From Candidatus Caldarchaeum subterraneum (GTDB lineage: Archaea > Thermoproteota > Nitrososphaeria_A > Caldarchaeales > Caldarchaeaceae): a stretch of 24,000 nucleotides of DNA. Shown here piece by piece: positions 22,697 through 24,000 of the stretch. The stretch spans positions 34,564-58,563 of the forward strand of contig CALHAG010000021.1 of NCBI GenBank assembly GCA_937934305.1, read 5' to 3'. How positions within the stretch are numbered: the first letter of the stretch is position 1; every line of letters starts with the position of its first letter. Both the position numbers and the translations under genes were made by a program. Below the pieces are notes generated by a model, which did not search any database, was not told the DNA's origin, and saw nothing but the letters and a program-made list of their open reading frames with translations.

Positions 22697-24000
22697 CTAA
22701 GACGCCTGCTCAATGGAGAAATCCCTGGTGGAATAGGTGACCAGAGCCAAAGCGAACAACACATATCCCATTACCAGATAGGGGAGAAACGCGGGCGGAT
22801 TAGTCGCAATCGGCTCGAAAAGACGCGACACTAGCAGCGGGAGACTAAGCAGCTGCGAACCAAGAAGTGGGAGAACAACTATGAAAATCGAAGTGAAAGA
22901 GAAGGGAGAGGAAAAACGCTTTATCGAAGAAGATATCACGAGTGCGAGAAATGAGCCGAAAACCGCTGAACATAGAAACAGCAACACATCCAAGTACGTT
23001 AAAGCGAATAACCCCCCGAAGACCTGAACAGCTGCCACCATTAAAGATGAAAAAATTAAAGAAACAATTGTGTAGGCTATCAGTAATGTGTAAAAATAGG
23101 ATGAGACACGGTAAACAGAGAGCTGAACTAGCCACAGGTTATGTTTCTCCGTAAGAAGCCAGTTAAATGAAAGGAGAGCCGGTATCATCGGAGTGTACAG
23201 TGAGACTATAGTGAGGAAAATCGCCTCAGGCTGTGCTGTGAACGCAAGCGCTCTTGGAAGAGCAGTGCCAACGTAGACAAGTAAAAGCAGGACAAAAGCT
23301 GTTATCCAAAGACTGCCGTCTCGCAGGAACCTCGTCAAATGAGCTTTAACAAGCAAAGCAGTTGGCCTATCAGCGGCGTTTATTAGCAAAAATCTCGCCA
23401 CAGGCTGTGGAAGTTTAAAAGATGTGATCAATTTTCGCGGCGGGTCTGTGAAAACGTTGGTTAGTATCGGCGCCAAACCAGCGTATTCAACCTTTCTGGA
23501 GAGGAAAAGATTCACTGCAAGCAGCCCGCCTATTAGCAGAAACGCCGCAGAGGTTTTGAGGCCGCCCCCCGTCACACCGAGTAACAGATTTGTGGGATAT
23601 GGAAAGCTGCTAACCCATGGAAGTGATGCAAAAACATCCAAAAGCGGCAGTAATACTAGCATCAGCATCACCCCGCCCACAGCCATCACACCTCTCTTTC
23701 CCAACCAATTACGTAACAGGCCAAGCATGTGAGATATCAAAATGGACGAGACAACAGCCGCTTCAACAATCATTACAAAGTTAAACAAATGGATGAGATG
23801 ACGCGGGTAAGTGAGCACCGTTACAATAAGCAACATCGACGGCAGGGTGAATACGTTGAGGAAAATAAATTGAAACAAAAAATCGGACCAGAGATAGGTT
23901 CTCGGCCGCACATTCGAGGTGAAAATGTAGTCTATCTCATAGCCCAAGGCCGTTACACCCCCCTTCAAACCGAGAAACACACCCACAGCCAAGACACCAG
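22697..24000 (-). CDS. Polytopic integral membrane protein (more than 10 predicted TM segments), family not recognised; probably 5'-partial
   Basis: Track ORF 22697..23992 begins at a TTG. The same frame stays open and hydrophobic to the window edge (…GVLAVGVFLGL), so the true start probably lies beyond 24000. Hydrophobic segments recur throughout, as in an ABC-2-like permease or other transporter-like protein. Confidence 0.6.
   Translation of the reverse strand, partial: GVLAVGVFLGLKGGVTALGYEIDYIFTSNVRPRTYLWSDFLFQFIFLNVFTLPSMLLIVTVLTYPRHLIHLFNFVMIVEAAVVSSILISHMLGLLRNWLGKRGVMAVGGVMLMLVLLPLLDVFASLPWVSSFPYPTNLLLGVTGGGLKTSAAFLLIGGLLAVNLFLSRKVEYAGLAPILTNVFTDPPRKLITSFKLPQPVARFLLINAADRPTALLVKAHLTRFLRDGSLWITAFVLLLLVYVGTALPRALAFTAQPEAIFLTIVSLYTPMIPALLSFNWLLTEKHNLWLVQLSVYRVSSYFYTLLIAYTIVSLIFSSLMVAAVQVFGGLFALTYLDVLLFLCSAVFGSFLALVISSSIKRFSSPFSFTSIFIVVLPLLGSQLLSLPLLVSRLFEPIATNPPAFLPYLVMGYVLFALALVTYSTRDFSIEQAS

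Noticed and set aside
1-24000. Search for CRISPR arrays, tRNA/rRNA genes, IS elements, integrases, or toxin-antitoxin or defence islands
   Set aside because: No spacer-repeat periodicity and no tRNA-like T-arm (GGTTCGAATC-like) motifs were seen. No intergenic gap exceeds ~110 nt. Every large ORF is a housekeeping or metabolic gene. The window looks like core chromosome rather than an accessory island.

Overview
This is a dense archaeal chromosomal core segment, about 95% coding by my coordinates, with no intergenic spacer longer than about 110 nt. I saw no rRNA, tRNA, CRISPR array, transposase or integrase.

Recognisable genes, left to right:
- partial beta-hydroxyacid dehydrogenase (-)
- 231-aa orphan protein (+)
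- 49-aa ribbon-helix-helix regulator (-, missed by the ORF track)
- thermosome, RNA polymerase subunit K (Rpo6) and a small membrane protein (+)
- possible DUF763-like protein (+)
- myo-inositol-1-phosphate synthase (-)
- PadR regulator (-)
- ribosomal protein L39e (+, missed by the track)
- fused 3-hydroxyacyl-CoA dehydrogenase/enoyl-CoA hydratase (-)
- SufS cysteine desulfurase (-)
- ThrRS with the archaeal editing domain (-)
- Dps-like ferritin (+)
- HflX, a C2/PUA RNA-binding protein and NAC (+)
- wHTH/ATP-cone/NrdD-like protein (-)
- ornithine carbamoyltransferase (+)
- the conserved secE-spt5-L11-L1-P0 cluster (+; secE missed by the track)
- AlaRS (-)
- a polytopic membrane protein running off the right edge (-)

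Many starts are TTG or GTG. TATA-like boxes sit about 25-35 nt upstream of start codons, suggesting leaderless mRNAs. Convergent gene pairs abut or overlap.

The two features most worth a second look are:
1. An Spt5/NusG whose NGN domain carries an in-frame insertion of about 150 aa that is not an intein.
2. A 535-aa protein combining an ArsR-type wHTH, an ATP-cone and an apparently catalytically dead class III ribonucleotide reductase (NrdD)-like body. It is a candidate nucleotide-sensing transcription factor.

Secondary oddities are a P0 stalk protein lacking its acidic C-terminal tail with no P1/L12 gene downstream, and an RHH gene divergent from the thermosome promoter.

All family assignments come from motif recognition by eye. 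No database search was possible.
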